A DNA stretch of 63,717 nt, filler included, from Phoronis australis (Eukaryota; Animalia; Phoronida), in assembly GCA_002633005.1 (NCBI GenBank). It is 8 parts of 8 records of this genome, joined end to end, with 100 filler letters (N's around TTAATTAATTAA, not from the genome) between each part and the next. Parts side by side here need not be neighbours in the genome. Positions count along the whole stretch, not along the records: positions 45,932 to 55,427 come from NMRA01001816.1; positions 55,528 to 60,626 come from NMRA01002429.1; positions 60,727 to 63,717 come from NMRA01003290.1; 5 more parts are not named here. The stretch is one strand, 5' to 3'. Positions 49,528 through 62,559 of this stretch are shown here, piece by piece. The stretch's first letter is position 1, and each line of letters begins with the position of its first letter. A model generated the notes under the pieces. That model did no database searches, was not told the origin of the DNA, and saw only the letters and a program-made list of their open reading frames with translations. Position numbers and translations under genes: made by a program.

Positions 49528-52290
49528 TCATGAAATGCTACAAGATTTTGATTCATTGTCCTCAAACTCCTCATCGTCACTTGGTAACCTGGGTATATTG
49601 TCCAGGACACGGAGAGAGGGAAGTGCTTGGAATATCCTAAAAATGGAAACACAGCACCAGTTATACCACAACAGGAGTTTCTGACAGTAAACACTATATA
49701 TTTGGAAAAAGCAATATTTTTACCTTCCATGAACAACAAATGTATGCCCAGGTACTTCTTTAAAAACATGGGCCTATAAACACAAAATGTGCTGGCAATA
49801 CTAATGTGAAAAGAAGATCAATATCTGTAGTTATAAGACTTTACATTAGCAATGGTATGGTTCAGTTTATTTCGTAGATAAGCCAAAAATGTGCTGAAAT
49901 AAACTATGTCCTCGTAAGACACCCGCTGACAATGTCATTTTCGGAAACTCTACAAATCATGGAAATTTTTTATTGTTGTTTCTAATATAGGGCCATGCAA
50001 AATTCCTGATACATAAGACATGTTTAGAAATGGATTTCTAATGTTTTCCCAGTTCAACAACTGATAATAAGTTTGGATTTGACATTCGTAGTGGCAAGAA
50101 GAAAACTTAGTCAAATTGTCAGTGGGATTCCACTGTAAAAACTGGAAAGTGGAGGACCTTGAAGGGCTTCTGCACATTAGTTTTCCATGAAGCTTGATAG
50201 AGATTCAAACGTTGAAAACACTGCCAACAACTGGAACAACTCAAGTTTGTGGGAGAATTCGAATTGACAACAGGCAGAATGTAAGTTTGGATAATTTTGT
50301 AAACAACCTCAAAGTTTTAAATAATGATGACTTCAGGTCAAAACGACTCAATCCATATACACTCGATGCAGAAAGAAGCAGAAGTCTGAGTTGTTCCTGC
50401 ACCCTGACCTCACCTTTGTCGGTAATTTTCCAGGAATGTGATGGGGTTACCACTCAAATCCAGAAGCAGTAAGTTGGTCATTTTTTTAAGATGCTCCAAA
50501 CCCCTTAATGACTGGATGTTGTTGTCAGTTAATATCAACTGCTCCACCTGAAGCATTCTGGGTAACCTAGCGAAGGCATCCAGGTGGTTTCCAGACATGT
50601 TGATTATTTTACAGCTGAAAGTAGTCACGAAAATTGTATTAAGCCACAACACAAACAGAAAACAAATACTAGGCATTGACAGATAGAACACTTTATCATT
50701 AATTTTAGATACAAATACAGTTCAAATGTTTTGTTTGTTTTGTTTTAAGTATCGAACATAGCCTGTGACACTACCTGACTCAAGGTATTAAAACATGTCA
50801 TTATAGTTCAATACAAATTTGAACAGAAGTATAAATGTTCCCAAATGTTAGTTGACTGAACATCATGAGGACAAATTCAGTTGTTAAAACTGATGCATGT
50901 TACTTGCGATGAGGCATTCATCACTTCACTTCCTAACATTGACAGCTTGAATTTTAGTCTCAATGATGAAAAAAAATCAAAATTCATAAAAAGTTGAAGT
51001 CAGCAACACGCATTCAGTGTGACCGAAACTAGGCTTGGCTCCCTGGTCTGTCCAGTTCTGGTGGGGCAAAGCTCATAATATACAAAGTCATGAGCTCTGA
51101 GGCTCAATGACCATGACCATCCATTAGATTAATCATTAAAGATAAAATGTGCTCAGGTGTATTTTCTGAGCATTCACACTAAACCCGTGTCACATCTGGG
51201 ATATGCACACATTTGGTGGAGCCTTAAAAGAGCCAATGGGCTTGTTACGTCAGGAACCACCATTTATTTCACAGTTTACTATCAATAGGGTAATAACATC
51301 TGGAACCACATTTTCACCCGTTCCTTTTTGAATCACATACCATGGAAAGCTGAGAGACTGTAGATCAACCATCATGTTACACATGATGTTAATTTCCACG
51401 GCACGGCAGAGTCTTCGAAGAATTCTCACAAAGTTGGCCTTCTGGAAATCTTCACTCAGGTTTTGATAGGAAAGATTACACATCTAAAATAATGGATAAG
51501 TGAGCATTATGTATTTACCGATCACTACAACAGTGACAGTGTGTAATAAAGATGTTCCACAAGCTGCAATAAGAAAGTCAAGAGTTTTCTATATTTATCT
51601 CAGAAGCATCCTTATCATTGATTGACACTAGAGGAGCCTTCCCTCATCTACAACTGTTTTTCTGCGATAACCAATAGGTGTTTCTCAAAGTGGAATGGTA
51701 CTGGATATCCTTGTGGTCCAACAGGTAAACAGAAACAAAAACAGGGTTGGGTCTAACAGCTATGTCAGTTTGCAACCAGCAAATGACTCTGTGAAAGTCA
51801 ATAAGGTATTCATCTACTCAATAGGTATATAACAGATGTGCACCAAAGAAATGTACATACCACTGTGAGTAATATAACATTCACCAACACGTTATGGTTC
51901 AGCAATAGGGTTTGGGGGATTGTAGCTGTTACAGTAATTATTTTGACCCCTGCTGATATCTATGACCGGTATGCAATTTCAACGTCATATGCGCAACATA
52001 ACTGCATGTAACACATATCAATATCCATTTAAGTTGCCATTCTATCAGTAAATTTCATAAAAGCTCACTTCAACATTTTCCCAGTTTTCCATCTCATTTT
52101 GGTAGTCTCTCCGCTCCCTTCCTTTCAGGTCATGATGTATTAATGCACCCTGACTGTTCTCCAAAGTATAAAACATCCTCTCCTTGACTGAAGGACTCTC
52201 TCTCACTCTGGGTGCCTTGAGGTCATTTCCCCTGAGTTTAGCTAATCGAAGCTCATGCCAGTTGGTGAACTTGTATCTGTTGCTTGGCAA
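49528..52290 (-). CDS. Spliced SDS22/U2A'-type LRR protein with LRRcap and C-terminal CaaX; exons 52290-52069, 51483-51341, 50614-50414, 49636-49528
   Basis: All junctions are AG/GT with consistent phases (0, 2, 2). LRRs include INMSGNHL, LILTDNNIQSL and LDLSGNPI; LRRcap YRQRIFQALPSLRVLDN; ends SKSCSIS*. Confidence 0.88.
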
Positions 52291-52919
52291 CTGAAAATTA
52301 AAAGTACTACTACAAAACCAGTAAACAGATGGGATCGTCCTACTTTAAATAAACATAATTTTTGTTTTTGCTAATAAACTAAACATAAAAGTACATAGTA
52401 GATGCAGCATAAGTTGCCTGCTCCATGTCTTTATCTGAAACATGTTATTAAGAATAAATTATAAATTTCTGAGTGCTTGTGAACCTACTCAACCGTATAA
52501 CTACATGTAATCTGAATGTTCAGGCCCAGGGCAGTGTGAACCAACAGATATTTGAAGAATCTGCTGTTAATTCCTCAATCAAAAAACTCATTAACAGACA
52601 CGTTGAGGAAATCCGCTCAGAATCATCACAGTTTTTAAAAATCATCAACATCATTACCTTGCTACTAAAAAAGGACTTTGATGACAATATCAAGATTATA
52701 ACTATTACCCGTATCTGTTACTAAAAAATATCAGGTCAAATGTGCATTGCACTCATTCACTTACAATATCATGACCTCTGTAGGCAAACCTTAGACTTAC
52801 CAATGGCATCAGTCCAAAAAAAGAATTAGAGAACAATTACAGGATTCACGGACCAAACAAATATAACGGAAATGTGCATGACGACATGCGTGTTATCACT
52901 CAGCAGTAGTGGTACTTAC

Positions 52920-53137
52920 AGGGTGTAAAATCTGATTGCCGTCACTTCGAGCCTGTTCATCTTTGTATGAGCTGGTGAGAACCAGGGGTAGATTGGTGCC
53001 ACTGATGTCAGTCTGACTAGAGTCACCAGTCTGGGCACTGGTGCCACCTTCTGTGATAGAGCTGAAACAAACATGGTCTCCAGTTTCACACCGGATGCGG
53101 GACACACTGGATGTGACACAAACCACGACACTCAATT
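52920..53137 (-). CDS. Candidate additional or alternative Ser/Thr-rich exon of the LRR gene
   Basis: cctag|AA...CCT|gtaagt; the open frame ends in phase 0, in frame with the exon at 52290, but has no in-frame Met. Confidence 0.4.
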
Positions 53138-54580
53138 CTAGGCAGTTCAGGAAAATGGAAAAGCAAGAGGGCTATGTTAAATATGAAATCATGTCTTCAT
53201 AAATCATCGGCAGGAGGATGTTTAATGATGACTATTGTGATGCGATTTGGTCCCCCAAATACGAATAGAAATGCATTCATGTCACATTTGGAAAATTTAG
53301 CAGGTTTTGCACTTTTTACAATTCAAGTAATCACAGGGGCGATTTTGCACTCCAAATTTTTGCAAAATTATATGTTTTGATTAATCGGCGAGGTCCAACA
53401 ATTGCACCCATTGTATGCTCCTAGAGAGTTGGGAAGGATTCAAGATCCATAGCCAGGTTATGAAAATCTGGCCTGATGGTCATTGCTTTCAATTTCGACA
53501 TTTTTATTCGTTGGACTGGATCCAAAATGTCAAAATGACATTCGAATTGACACTTGAAGAGCACCTGTTACTTGGGCTTTGCATGTGAACAAGGCCAGGC
53601 TTTGGCTTTTAAAACAGCCATGCATTGTCCTTTTGAAAATAAATTTGTTGCACAGTATGAAATGCTGTGGTAGACTTTAGACCTGGTAAATATCAATTTC
53701 AACAATCCATTAAAAAATCCACTGTGATGTCCATTGTGACCACTGGCATCGACGACAAACGTAACGTGGATGGACTATAACTAGCAAGGGAAGGTGGAAA
53801 AAGTTAAAGTACCAGTACGGATTTAACCTCATTTGTTCGGCAATTTTTTTTTCATAGCTTCTTTTTTACGAGCTCAAGTCTGGAAATTTATACGAATGGC
53901 AAATAAGCGATTACCGGTATTTTAGAGCAGATACTTTCGCCTGCTTACAACACTAGCACATCAGGCAAGTTGATTTCCAGCCAGCACCAGGCCTCTTGTG
54001 TGATCAAATCACATACTGAAATCCAACAATTGGGGTTTCCAGGCTGTCTCTCTTTTCTACTACAAGAGTCAGACTGATCACAGCACACCATAAATTTTGT
54101 AACTTTACAGCACATTCCTTCAGTACAGGATTCATGTTAGGCATGTTCCCTGTATCACTTGGGCATTAATCTTAAAACTCTTGTTCGCCTCATTGTAGTG
54201 GTAGGCAATATTCAGTCTGGGTTAGTGGAAACATACCCATTTTGCCCATAGCGTATACCAAATTAGAAGAATTTGCAATTTTGGACATTCCAAATTGAAA
54301 TGCACAGGCACCAGCTTATACTGATATGTAAATGATCATCGTTACTTGGTCTGGTCAGGTCTTGTTACTCTGAGACAGCATAACAGGCATTGGTCCACAA
54401 CTTGGAAGAAAGGAAAATTCAGCTTGGATCTCAGTGTCCTAAAACTGATAGAAGGTTTTTATCATGTATCCAAGACAGCAGCACAATAATATTTCTAAAC
54501 AAACCCAGAGCTTCAAGATTTATGGGAAATTGCTACAAAGCAACATGAACACTGAAGGAAAAATCAAACATTTACCTTAC

Positions 54581-54640
54581 TGACATGCTGAACTAAACGA
54601 ACTGATTTCTTTCTTTACATGTTCCTCTGTCTTGTATCAA
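54581..54640 (-). CDS. Candidate first coding exon of the LRR gene (5' UTR plus ATG TCA at 54586-54581)
   Basis: ttttctacag| acceptor and ATGTCA|gtaagg phase-0 donor give MS-LPSNRYKF, about 226 aa in total. Confidence 0.45.
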
Positions 54641-55281
54641 CTGTAGAAAACAAAAGTTGTTTAAAGCCACATAAGAATAAATACACTGGATTTTGTATTT
54701 TTTTGAAGTTTGGTAGCAATATTAATGTGAAAATCAAGGTAATGAAACATCATGAAATGCAACACTTGAATAAATAAGAGATTTAATGGTTCAGCAATAG
54801 TTCAAAAGACAGATGGCCCTTGAGCAGTATACTAGGATTAAAATGGATCATGTTGGAAATGACAGAATGCTGTCAATCACACTGCTCAGGTAATCCCAAA
54901 GGGTTGACCAATGTGTTCGGGGTTCTTGATTCAAGTTAGATGACGTGACGTAATTTTTGAATTGTGAAAATGGTAAAATAAAAACTGCAGTGGGGCCTAG
55001 CTCAACAAAAAATATGGTAGGGGCTTGCAGGTTAAGACTCCTTAATTCTGCACTCTATAGTTACAACTCAGTGACATGATGACAGTCAAAAACAGAGTAA
55101 GTAAGCAAGTAATTTAAAAACGTTTATTTTTAAATTGAGCATAGCAGCTCAAAATTTAACCGTGATGGTTAAATTTGAGTGTGGGCTCATATGCCCCACT
55201 GTAAGCTGTGTAAAAATGACCAGTTAATAGTGTAGGCAACTGAACAAAAGACTGTTGGAAAAAAGTGGGAGGGCTTTAAAC

Positions 55282-55406
55282 AGTCGAATACATAGTCATA
55301 GGTCCCTGATTTGAGGACCAGATACTCCCACTGAATAACGGATGTTATTCAGTGGGAGTAAATGGTTCTCGTATCAATTTCAAATCAGGGACCGACCTAT
55401 CCGACT
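55282..55406. repeat. Palindromic element with a perfect 17-bp central stem
   Basis: tactcccactgaataac-ggat-gttattcagtgggagta, plus outer arms ggtccctgatttga/tcaaatcagggacc. Confidence 0.85.
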
Positions 55407-55527
55407 TTTACCAAAAAGTTTGTAGTANNNNNNNNNNNNNNNNNNNNNNNNNNNNNNNNNNNNNNNNNNNNTTAATTAATTAANNNNNNNNNNNNNNNNN
55501 NNNNNNNNNNNNNNNNNNNNNNNNNNN

Positions 55528-58500
55528 ATGTGGATGCCTAAGTGCACTAAGAGACAGTCCCAGTCAAGCACACTGAGGTTAACGTTTTAGCCAGAAATAT
55601 GAGTTGTACAGAAAGGGTCATTTTCATATGGTTTGGGATTAGGGGTCATTCTTATGTGGTCCAAATCAAATCGGTCAAAACACATTTATTTTCTGCTATA
55701 ATGATATACAAAGGCCTCTGTTAATCCTTTGCGAAACATGTCCTTAAAATGAAGTAAGCGTTCTGGCTATAAAAGTGCTAGAAAAAACACCAACAGGTTT
55801 GAGGTAATTCCAACCGACAGTAAACACCAGTAAAGGCGACTCTTGTAACCCTTCACATTGGTAGCATTTTTGCTACTAGCGGAAAAAAACCCCTTTCAGC
55901 CAGTTTGTTCACCTTGCTTGAAATTTAAACATTAAAAGTGCGTAGTGTTTAACATTTTTGTTGAATAACACAGGACTGTCCCTTGAGATAAACTCTCGTT
56001 CATGTGTTCCCTATCTTAAATATAAGCAAATTTGTCTCGTTCCATGTGATTTTCATTAGCTTAACTAATCCACAAACCTTTGAGTGCCTAATGCTATGTT
56101 GCCTTGTCATGTTGGGAATATCCAAAGAACTGTTGAAACTTGGTTTAGAGTTTATCTCTTCAGTCCTGTCCAGACACAGTCCACCCTAGAACAACTTGCA
56201 CTTTTGTCTTGTGCAAGTTATCCCTCTTTAAGTGAAGCATCCACACGCACAAAAGGTAAGGTGGAAGTTGTCACTCTGTGGGTGATAATGAACATCTAAT
56301 ACAAGTACACTGTTCAAAAGAAAACCTGTGTGTGTGTAACCCCAGGTGATAATTACTTCTGCCCTACTCCCCTTTTGCCACCACACAGCCATTACAAGTG
56401 ACCCAAATTACTGTAGAACAAGTTACTCCACCTCAAGTGGTGCAAGTTATCTTACAATAAGTTACCCCACCTTGCTAATGTGGAGTAACTTGTCACAAGT
56501 GGGGTAAGTTGTGCTACTTTAAGTAGCATCCAGACAGCACTCAAACTTGAACCTGGCGACAACTGGTTCCACTCAGGAGTAACTTGTTCTAGGGTAAGTC
56601 AGCGTGTGGATGGTACTTATTTCAGACAAAAGTAATTGCCTAAAATGGTAATGTTTAAAGACTTGATGTCACTGTGAATTTGCACTACTCAAAACATTGT
56701 CTGATGGTACCTATGATATGAATATAGAAATGGTGAACATCAACTTGGTACTGTGGTAAAATCTCACCAGTTTTCAACTCATATGACGAACATGCGAATA
56801 ACTGGAGAGATATTTTTCGCATGTTGTTCTTTACCCCTGAAACATCGGAGTAGGATGGAGCCTGTGAGCAAAGTAGCGATGGTGAATCTCAGTCATCTGC
56901 ATTTTACATGATCTTTGAACTGGGTGACATTTTGTTCCATCAGTTCTGTTTACACACATTCTNCCTGCAACAGCATGAAGGTATCCTGCTTTTTAACAGG
57001 TGTGATGATATTTACATACACCTGTCATTGTGTTGACTTCTGGCTATTTCCTTTTATGCCTTTCTATATATTTACCCCCATTTTGCTGTTCCGTTTCATC
57101 AGGGAACGACTAAATGCTGTTGGCATGCAGTTTCTGGAGTGCTATGTGGCCTCCCCCTCAAACTTGTTGTGTCGGGATCCACGACGTCCCGCTTTTTCAT
57201 TTTGAACTGTTTAAAATTATATCCGCAAACATTTTTACACATGTGCAATTATGTGGATGCCTAAGTGCACTAAGAGACAGTCCCAGTCAAGCACACTGAG
57301 GTTAACGTTTTAGCCAGAAATATGAGTTGTACGAGAAAGGGTCATTTTGATATGGTTTGGGATTAGGGGTCATTCTTATGTGGTCCAAATCAAGTCAGTC
57401 AAAACACATTTATTTTCTGCTATAGTGATATACAAAGGCCTCTGTTAATCCTTTGCGAAACATGTCCTTAAAATGAAGTAGGCGTTCTGGCTATAAAAGT
57501 GCTAGAAAAAACACCAACAGGTTTGAGGTAATTCCAACCGCCAGTAAACACCAGTATAGGCCACTCTTGTAACCGTTCACATTGGTAGCATTTTTGCTAC
57601 TAGCGGAAAAAAAAAACCTTTTCAGCCAGTTTGTTCACCTTGCTTGAAACTTAAACATTAAAAGTGTGTAGTGTTTAACATTTTTGTTGAATAACACAGG
57701 ACTGTCCCTTGAGATAAGCTCTCTTTCATGTGTTCCCTATCTTAAATATAAGCAAATTTGTCTCATTCCATGTGATTTTCATTAGCTTATCTAATCCACA
57801 AACCTTTGGGTGCCTAATGCTATGTTGCCTTGTCATGTTGGGAATATCCTAAGAAGTGTTGAAACTTGTTTTAGAAATCTCTTTAGTCCTGTCCAGACAC
57901 AGTCTACCCTAGAACAACTTGCACTTTTGTCTTGTGCAACTTATCCCCCTTTAAGTGAAGCATCCACACACACAAAAGGTAAGGTGGAAGTTGTCACTCT
58001 GTGGGTGACAATGAACATCTAATACAAGTACACTGTTCAAAAGAAAACCTGTGTGTGTGTAACCCCAGGTGATAATTACTTCCGCCCTACTCCCCTTTTG
58101 CCACCATGCAGCCATTACAAGTGACCCAAATTACTGTAGAACAAGTTACTCCACCTCAAATGGTGCAAGTTATCTTACAATAAGTTACCCCACCTTGCTA
58201 ATGTGGAGTAACTTATCACAAGTGGGGTAAGTTGTGCTACTTTAAGTAGCATCCAGACAGCACTCAAACCTGGTGACAACTGGTTCCAGGAGTAACTTGT
58301 TCTAGGGTAAGTCAGCGTGTGGACGGTACTTATTTCAGACAAAAATAATTGCCTAAAACGGTAATGTTTAAAGACTTGATGTCACTGTGAATGTGCACTA
58401 CTCAAAACATTGTCTGATGGTACCTATGATATGAATATAGAAATGGTGAACATCAACTTGGTACTGTGGTAAAATCTCACCAGTGTTCAACTCATATGAC

Positions 58501-58676
58501 GAACATGCGAATAACTGGAGAGATATTTTTCCCATGTTGTTCTTTACCCCTGAAACATCAGAGTAGGATGGAGCCTGTATGAGCAAAGCAGCGATGGTGG
58601 ATCTCAGTCATCTGCATTTTACATGATCTTTGAACTGGGTGACATTTTGTTCCATCAGTTCTGTTTACACACATTC
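55528..58676 (+). repeat. ~1.43-kb direct duplication (55528-56963 and 57251-58676), likely haplotype duplication
   Basis: Near-identical copies; the first ends at the single N at 56964. Confidence 0.85.
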
Positions 58677-60810
58677 TTGGCTCCACAAATATCTTGTTCT
58701 GAGGCAGTTGTTCCAATCATTTCATTCAGTGTCAGTCTTAAATACAACATAAGCCTGCTCACCTTGTTTTCATAAACTTTCTAGGTAGTGGTAGAAAAAT
58801 TTATTTGCGTTGTATTCCGTTTAGGCCTGTCTATGTCCCCCAGTCAAGCAGTGTTTTCTCACTATAGGTGAAGATTTGGTAAACGCGAAAGGTCAACTCG
58901 GGTTCTTAATCTACAAGTGAAACTTGCTGAAAATAGTTGGTCTTAAAAGCGAAGCTTCGGTACTCATGTAAGCTGTTGTGTAGTGGGAAAGGTCAGAGCG
59001 AAACTTCGGTGACGTTATCGATAGAGATCGTGGTAATGATATAGGATCACGCGAGGAAATCATTATCCCACAAAACGTGTTCTTTGGTACTGAATAGTCA
59101 GTTTACGTTGGTACATTTCAATTCATAAATAAATAAAAGAGTACGTATCAGATGAAGCATGACATGATCATTTTTATAAACACATGTAAGTGTTGGAAGA
59201 ACAATTTTCAGTTAGCCTCAAACCCACCGCTCAATATTCATTTGAGGGTACGAATGAACTACGCCGTCTGGAACTTTTCTCCGATGACTGAATCACCGTA
59301 AGTTCAATATTGCTATCTAGTGGGAAAGGTAATCAAAGTTTTGGCGAAGCTTCAATAAACCGAAGTTCCCCTAATGGGAAAGCACCTTTGGCATTTAATA
59401 TGCTTTCTAGTGTCCAGGAAGTTTTTAAGATAATAAAGTCACACTGGTGAGGTGATCAGTGTCGTGGATTGTTATTCATTTTAAGAAGATTCAACCCAGT
59501 TTTATTTTATCATGGAAGTAGTAACAGTCTGATACCTATTTTAGTATGTGCCTGCTACAAGTCTATAAAACTGGGCGTCATTGAATTAGGTTTTCCGTTA
59601 CATGCACGTGAACTCAAGCATTGCCTACAAAGTTGTGAAATTTACATGAGTTTCTGAAAGGCCAACTAATTAAATTAATGATTGAAGTCCTTTTAAGAAC
59701 TGAAGGTTTTCATACTTATAAAACATAGACAACATAATATAAATACCAGCATTAGATAACCTGAATAATGCCCAAAATCATGCCATTCAGGTTTGAACAC
59801 AGTTTTGTGTGTTGATACCAGTCATGAGGTTTTCTTGTACGTTATGAAATGGTTGTATTGTAGGATACTTGCATTTTGTGAAATAATGTAATTTGCTACG
59901 CTTATTATTACCCATTGAAGTGATCTTCAATCTCGTAAGTATTGTACCAGATTGCTCAACTCACGTGCTACCCTGACTTGACCTGGCTGTTGGAAATGGG
60001 CCACCAGATGATCGAATGTGCCCCAGCCTGTTTCAGGTTGGACCAAATTGCGTTGGATATTTTTATGGCTGAATTGAAACATAGTCCTGCAGATGGCATG
60101 TAACATAGAAGAGTCCAAATGAATTTAAGCAGCGGCACATAATGTTTTGCAGGCAGTTTATCCCGTTCAATCCGCTTGCAATACATTCCACGCCTCACTG
60201 AAAAAGGAATATTTATACAGATAATGTTTTGTTGTGATAATTTTGCATTATGTTTTGTTTTCAATAAAAAGTTCAACTCAGTTGACAGTTCACCATTGAC
60301 AGAAGTTTATCAGGTGCCCTAGATTTTATAACAACTCATATCCTTAAAAAATTGGTTAATGATGATTGTCAGGTTTTCTCAATCACCATCTTGTATTCAC
60401 TCATTTGTTATAGGTGTGGTGTCTTAAAGAATTGAATGTTTATGCGATGGCTAATGTCCTCAGGACAATTAAAGGTGTCATTCTTTTGTAATAAATGAGT
60501 TTAAGATTTAAAATTTTACCTTAACTGTCTTGAAAAATAAGTTGTCCTCAGCTGTGTCTGCTCCAGCCTTGTGAAAAGTGTAATTTGCATTTAGTGCTCG
60601 GCTCGCTTGTAAGTATGAAGGAAGGANNNNNNNNNNNNNNNNNNNNNNNNNNNNNNNNNNNNNNNNNNNNTTAATTAATTAANNNNNNNNNNNNNNNNNN
60701 NNNNNNNNNNNNNNNNNNNNNNNNNNGTTTCAAACAATAATAAACTGCTACTTCTTCCCAAAGTTATATCACAGCTGTGTAAGAAACAAGTCAAGACTAG
60801 CTCTGAAACT

Positions 60811-60976
60811 GAGTACTCTATATCGAAAGGTAGAATTGTGTAACTGTGAGTACTCTATATCAAAAGGTAGAATTGTGTAACTGTGAGTACTCTATATCAA
60901 AAGGTAGAATTGTGTAACTGTGAGTACTCTATATCAAAAGGTAGAATTGTGTAACTGTGATACTCTATATCAAAAG
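60811..60976. repeat. 37-bp minisatellite, about 4.5 copies
   Basis: gagtactctatatc at 60811, 60848, 60885 and 60922. Confidence 0.92.
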
Positions 60977-61632
60977 TATAATAATAATTATTGTTTTAAA
61001 GGGAAGTCAGAGTCATTACATCTTTAACTGTCATGAAGTTTCAGGTCAGGTTGTGTTCAACAAACATTTCCAGAGTATGTTGTGTAATGTGGTAATTCTT
61101 CACCTGTTTAGCACCCAATATGGCGGACAAGTGAAATTCTGTTTTTGTAAAATATGAGAAAGAAAGATTGAGAAAACTTAAGTCTGTTACTAGCTTCATT
61201 TGGTTTGTTCTATTTACATGATTGTCATAAAACAACATTTATCAAGTTACCTGAAAGATAATCACTATTTTTGTATTCTCAGTTGATGAAATTTACATAA
61301 ATCTAATGTGTTCTAAAAATTCATTAAATTATTTAAAGTGTTAACTGTTCAATTTGAATGGCAAAACAGTTCCTGAGGACAGTATCACCCAAATGAGAAA
61401 ATTTTGATTTACATTCCACAACTTTCTTTAAAATCTCACCAATTTTGGGCCAAAATAATCATCAAGATTGGTCATTTTCTCATTTTTCAAAGGCTTTTAA
61501 TTTTGTTGTGAAACCTGGATAATTTCTCAAGGTAGCATTTGCTTTGTGCTCATTTTGAACAGAACAAAAAGTTCATGTCTGTGGATTAGTAATTGCTTCC
61601 TGTTGAGATTGCACCCTATTTGTCTTTTGCAG

Positions 61633-61747
61633 GGTAATGGTTCTAGACAAGGGCGAGATAAAAGAGTTTGACAGTCCGGAAAACCTTTTGAATGCCCCTG
61701 ACTCCATTTTCTATGGATTGGCCAAGGATGCGGGTCTTGTCTTGTAA
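61633..61747 (+). CDS. Last exon of an ABCC/MRP1-like ABC transporter
   Basis: ttttgcag|G GTA ATG encodes VMVLDKGEIKEFDSPENLLNAPDSIFYGLAKDAGLVL*, the typical MRP1-type C-terminus. Confidence 0.92.
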
Positions 61748-61895
61748 CCATGGAAACTGGTTTAATGTAACTATTCTAGGAGATTACAATGTCCTGGAGA
61801 CATTTTTTATAATTTGTCAAATCTTTGAAATTTTTAAAGCTGCTATAAAACGGTCTTCTATCAAAAACTAACTTTTGAACAAGCTCACTTAAAAA

Positions 61896-62044
61896 TGGTT
61901 TGTACTTGCTGCTTAGTGACGGTGGTTTGTACTTGTTGCTTAGTGACGGTGGTTTGTACTTTTTGCATAGTGACGGTTGTTTGTACTTGTTGCTTAGTGA
62001 CGGTGGTTTGTACTTGTTGCTTAGTGACGTTGGTTTGTACTTGT
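61896..62044. repeat. 27-bp minisatellite, about 5.5 copies, in the presumed ABCC 3' UTR
   Basis: Unit ggtggtttgtacttgttgcttagtgac. Confidence 0.92.
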
Positions 62045-62461
62045 AACTTTGTGAAGGCAGTTTGTGTTCTTGAAAAGTTGAACTTCATTATCAGTTGAGA
62101 CATAACACAAGAGCTTGACTTGTCCTGGCAAGTCATGTTATGTACTGAGCAAAAGAATAACAAGTAATAATATTTTGAATAAGGAACAAATTGAGACAAC
62201 TTATTGCAGTAAATAGTGTAATTCAAAAACTTGACTATTTAAAGGAGCATCCGTTGAGTTGCTTTAAGCCTGTTATTTGACCCTTTAAAGGAGTGTCAGT
62301 TGAGTTGCTTTAAAGAAAGCCTTGGACATTTAGTTCAAGATAGGAGAATTATAGAGTTGTTGTGGTCTATAAAACATCTTATATTTGTTCATTGCCCGAC
62401 CTCTTGGTCATCATTAGCATGATTTTCCTCTTAGCTCACCCTTAAAATGCAAACTATTGAG

Positions 62462-62559
62462 GGTCAGTTCCTGTTGGTCAGTCCCTGTTGGTCAGTCCTT
62501 GTTGGTCAGTTCCTGTAGGTCAGTTCCTGTTGGTCAGTCCCTGTTGGTCAGGTCCTGTT
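62462..62559. repeat. 14-bp minisatellite, 7 copies
   Basis: Unit ggtcagttcctgtt. Confidence 0.9.

Noticed and set aside
59927-60276. Minus-strand ORFs as an exon or transposase
   Set aside because: No recognisable motif or consistent splice model could be built.
35721-61747. SAMHD1 + TRIM + LRR + transporters as a defence gene cluster
   Set aside because: Most of these genes lie on separate spacer-delimited pieces and are only fragments, so adjacency is unproven.
61885-62226. Cys-rich or Gln/Thr-rich repeat proteins
   Set aside because: These are translations of the 27-bp minisatellite downstream of the ABCC stop codon.
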